Assembly (NCBI RefSeq): GCF_006345805.1 | Contig: NC_043001.1 | Span: forward strand, 64,356,001 to 64,420,000 | Direction of reading: 5' to 3' | DNA: 64,000 nt | DNA from: Octopus sinensis | Lineage: Eukaryota | Shown here: one piece after another, positions 61,982 to 64,000 of the stretch | Position numbering within the stretch: position 1 is the stretch's first letter | How the letters are laid out: each line of letters starts with the position of its first letter | The notes under the pieces: generated by a model | Databases searched by the model: none | Told to the model about the DNA's origin: nothing | The model's input: only the letters and a program-made list of their open reading frames with translations | Translations under genes and position numbers: made by a program

Positions 61982-62025
61982 TTACAGTTGAAAAGGTCTC
62001 AAAATGACCGAAACCGGTACTGAAA
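61982..62025 (+). ncRNA. Minimal type I hammerhead with U3-A8 covariation (plus strand)
   Basis: CAG-UUGAAAA-GGUC(UCAAAAU)GACC-GAAA-CCGG-UA^-CUG. Confidence 0.65.
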
Positions 62026-62899
62026 GATTCACTATAAAATCATCTTAGCATTTTCTATTTTTGACTTGTTTTTTCATATATATCAACTTGTGTGTTCCTT
62101 TCCACCCTTATACATATATATATATATTGAAAAAGAGGTAGTCAGAATTTTGGCTAATTTTTTACTAGTGCTTTCATTTGTTTATTGAACTTGTCATGAC
62201 AAAATCAAAATGATATAATGTACTGTTCTGTGATGGTAAGATCAACAAAAAAAGTATTCCCTCTTGTTAGAGATAAATATTATTTTATATTATTTAATGT
62301 GTTTTTATGTACTACTATTAGTTTCATTTGCTAAAAACATGCCAAACATTGTTTTGTAATTGATGTCTCAGCACAATCATCAGACACTGCCCACACGACA
62401 TTGAACTAAAAATGGGACAAGAGAAGAAATGAGAAAAGATGAGAAGTATATATAAAAAATGGAAGGTTGAAAAACTGGAAAACGAAAAAGTAATCAGAAA
62501 GAAGCAAAAAGGGAAAAAGTGTTATTTCCATTAGACCATAAAGCTTGGAGCTTAGTGGCTTGGAGTTTATGATATAGATTTAATCCAGTGAGGGAAGTAT
62601 TTCCCAATTCTTCAAACTTAGGCATATGTTTACAACCGTTGAAAATTTTATATCTAGAATTCAGCAGTGATTTATATATGGTGCATGGCTTAGTGGTTAG
62701 GGCATTCATTCCCGGACCAGGCTCAAAATTTTGAACAAGACTTTATTTGTTTTGCAGTATCTTGATAGCACTTCTTTAGAGGTTCTGGTTCCTTTTCAGC
62801 AATATAGTTATTTGTTTTGGGCAAATCATCAAGAACTCTTAAATACATATTCCACATATTTAGTGGGAAGAGAGGTGGGTGTCATGCAATCCTTCTGTT

Positions 62900-63970
62900 A
62901 GGCCTTCCAATTCATGTATCCTCAGAATAATCAATGGTTTCTCGTGCTTCATCAGGGAAGGTGTTGTTATCACATAATAACTCAAATGCTCTTGTTACTG
63001 TGCCTACTGGGACAAATGCTAATGCTGGTAGCATCCTCATCACTAAAGCAAAATTAGGGTCTGTTTCATATTTTCGTTTTAAACCATTACTTTGATTTAC
63101 ATGAAAGATACATTGGCTGAAGTGGAAAAAGCAACCATTCTGTTCTGCACTGGGAAATTCTTTCAAGAGCGCTTTCATCATTGCTTTCTCAAAATCGAAC
63201 ATTATTGACAGTGGTGTACATGATGGTTCAAGATTCTTTATCTTGTGCAAAAAAGTTATATATGTTTCTTCTGTTTTGTCCAGCAATAGCACAAACACAA
63301 ACAGCAGTGAAACTTTCTCTTTTAATCCATGTAGGGTGAAATAACAAAGGGACTGTTTTAAATGTGTCAAGTGCATACCAGTGACTACTTAGTGATAAAC
63401 ACTGTAAATTGCGTCTTGTTGAAATGGCTACTTTTGCTGCAATTTCAGTGGCATCCAATATATGATTGTGGACATTGGAAGATTTCACAATTTCATCCTT
63501 TACAGTAATTATGCAAGCATTGAATTTTTATTTTTTGGATATTTTTTTCACTTACAATAAATACATTCACCATTTTCATCATTCTTATACTATATACATC
63601 CATTATCAACCAACTTCTTACGACCTTTTTGGATTCAGTAAATTCAGCAGACATGTTTGGCTATGGGTCTTTTCACTGTAAATAATTCCAAATAAGAATT
63701 TTTTTAGAGAACAACTAGTTTTTTTAGTACTTAACTAGTTTTATTCCACGTAATAGTAAACAACTAGTTTTATTCTATATTATCGCAAACAACTATTTAT
63801 CCTCTATTGAGTATAAATAAGTAAAGAACTGTTCCTTTCCACTTCCTATGAATTCATCAAAAAAGAAACAATTTTTATTTTTTGACAAGTTGTTTCAGAT
63901 TAATACTGTTTTAGACAAATTGCATTTAGATCAATTGTATTTTAGATGAATTGTCGTAGACAAACTCACC
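62900..63970 (-). mobile_element. MULE transposase remnant with terminal repeats
   Basis: SIMFDFEKAMMKAL...GCFFHFSQCI...LPALAFVP (MULE DDE domain); ACAATT-type subterminal repeats at 63880-63970. Confidence 0.85.
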
Positions 63971-64000
63971 AGCTACTGAAAAATAGGTGGGGACTGAGTA

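Larger units (their letters stand above)
61653..62083. repeat. Long palindrome (~213-bp arms, 5-nt loop GTGCA) abutting (TA)n at both ends
   Basis: gaaaaaacaagtc...cccttgtt-gtgca-aacaaggg...gacttgttttttc; at least two arm mismatches. Confidence 0.95.

Noticed and set aside
4495-63970. MULE fragments at the two ends of the window forming one giant element
   Set aside because: Opposite orientations, different subterminal repeats and no shared TSD; treated as independent insertions.
35442-64000. Next HORMAD exon (expected T/V-x-E-x-Y-x-F-x-F-x-Y-like peptide)
   Set aside because: Several AG acceptors were checked (e.g. ~35920, ~36297, ~46950) but none gave a matching open peptide. The exon probably lies beyond the window, or I missed it.

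Overview
Eukaryotic, AT-rich, repeat-dense animal DNA. The SINE families and microsatellite style suggest Octopus or another cephalopod (inference). The only host gene found is a meiotic HORMA-domain gene (HORMAD1/Hop1-like, + strand). Four coding exons are visible (3282-3426, 3942-4042, a 21-nt microexon at 18385-18405 and a 27-nt microexon at 35415-35441). They are separated by introns of about 0.5, 14 and 17 kb, and probably one of more than 28 kb. The introns are packed with transposon remains: RTE, CR1/L2, Tx1/L1 and Penelope-like retroelements, Gypsy LTR elements, mariner, piggyBac, MULE, a Helitron and SINEs. The standout is a head-to-tail array at 49939-54138 of ~2-kb units. Each unit carries a ~440-aa LINE-ORF1/Gag-like (RRM-like + CCHC knuckle) reading frame and a same-strand type I hammerhead ribozyme, and no reverse transcriptase. 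It looks like a protein-coding retrozyme-like element, with a Penelope-style inverted 5' junction. Other notable items are a 431-bp palindrome with a hammerhead on each strand, a PHD finger inserted inside the RT domain of the RTE family, and a 71-bp micro-inversion that flips a Penelope YIDD motif. All calls were made by eye; no database searches or folding programs were run.
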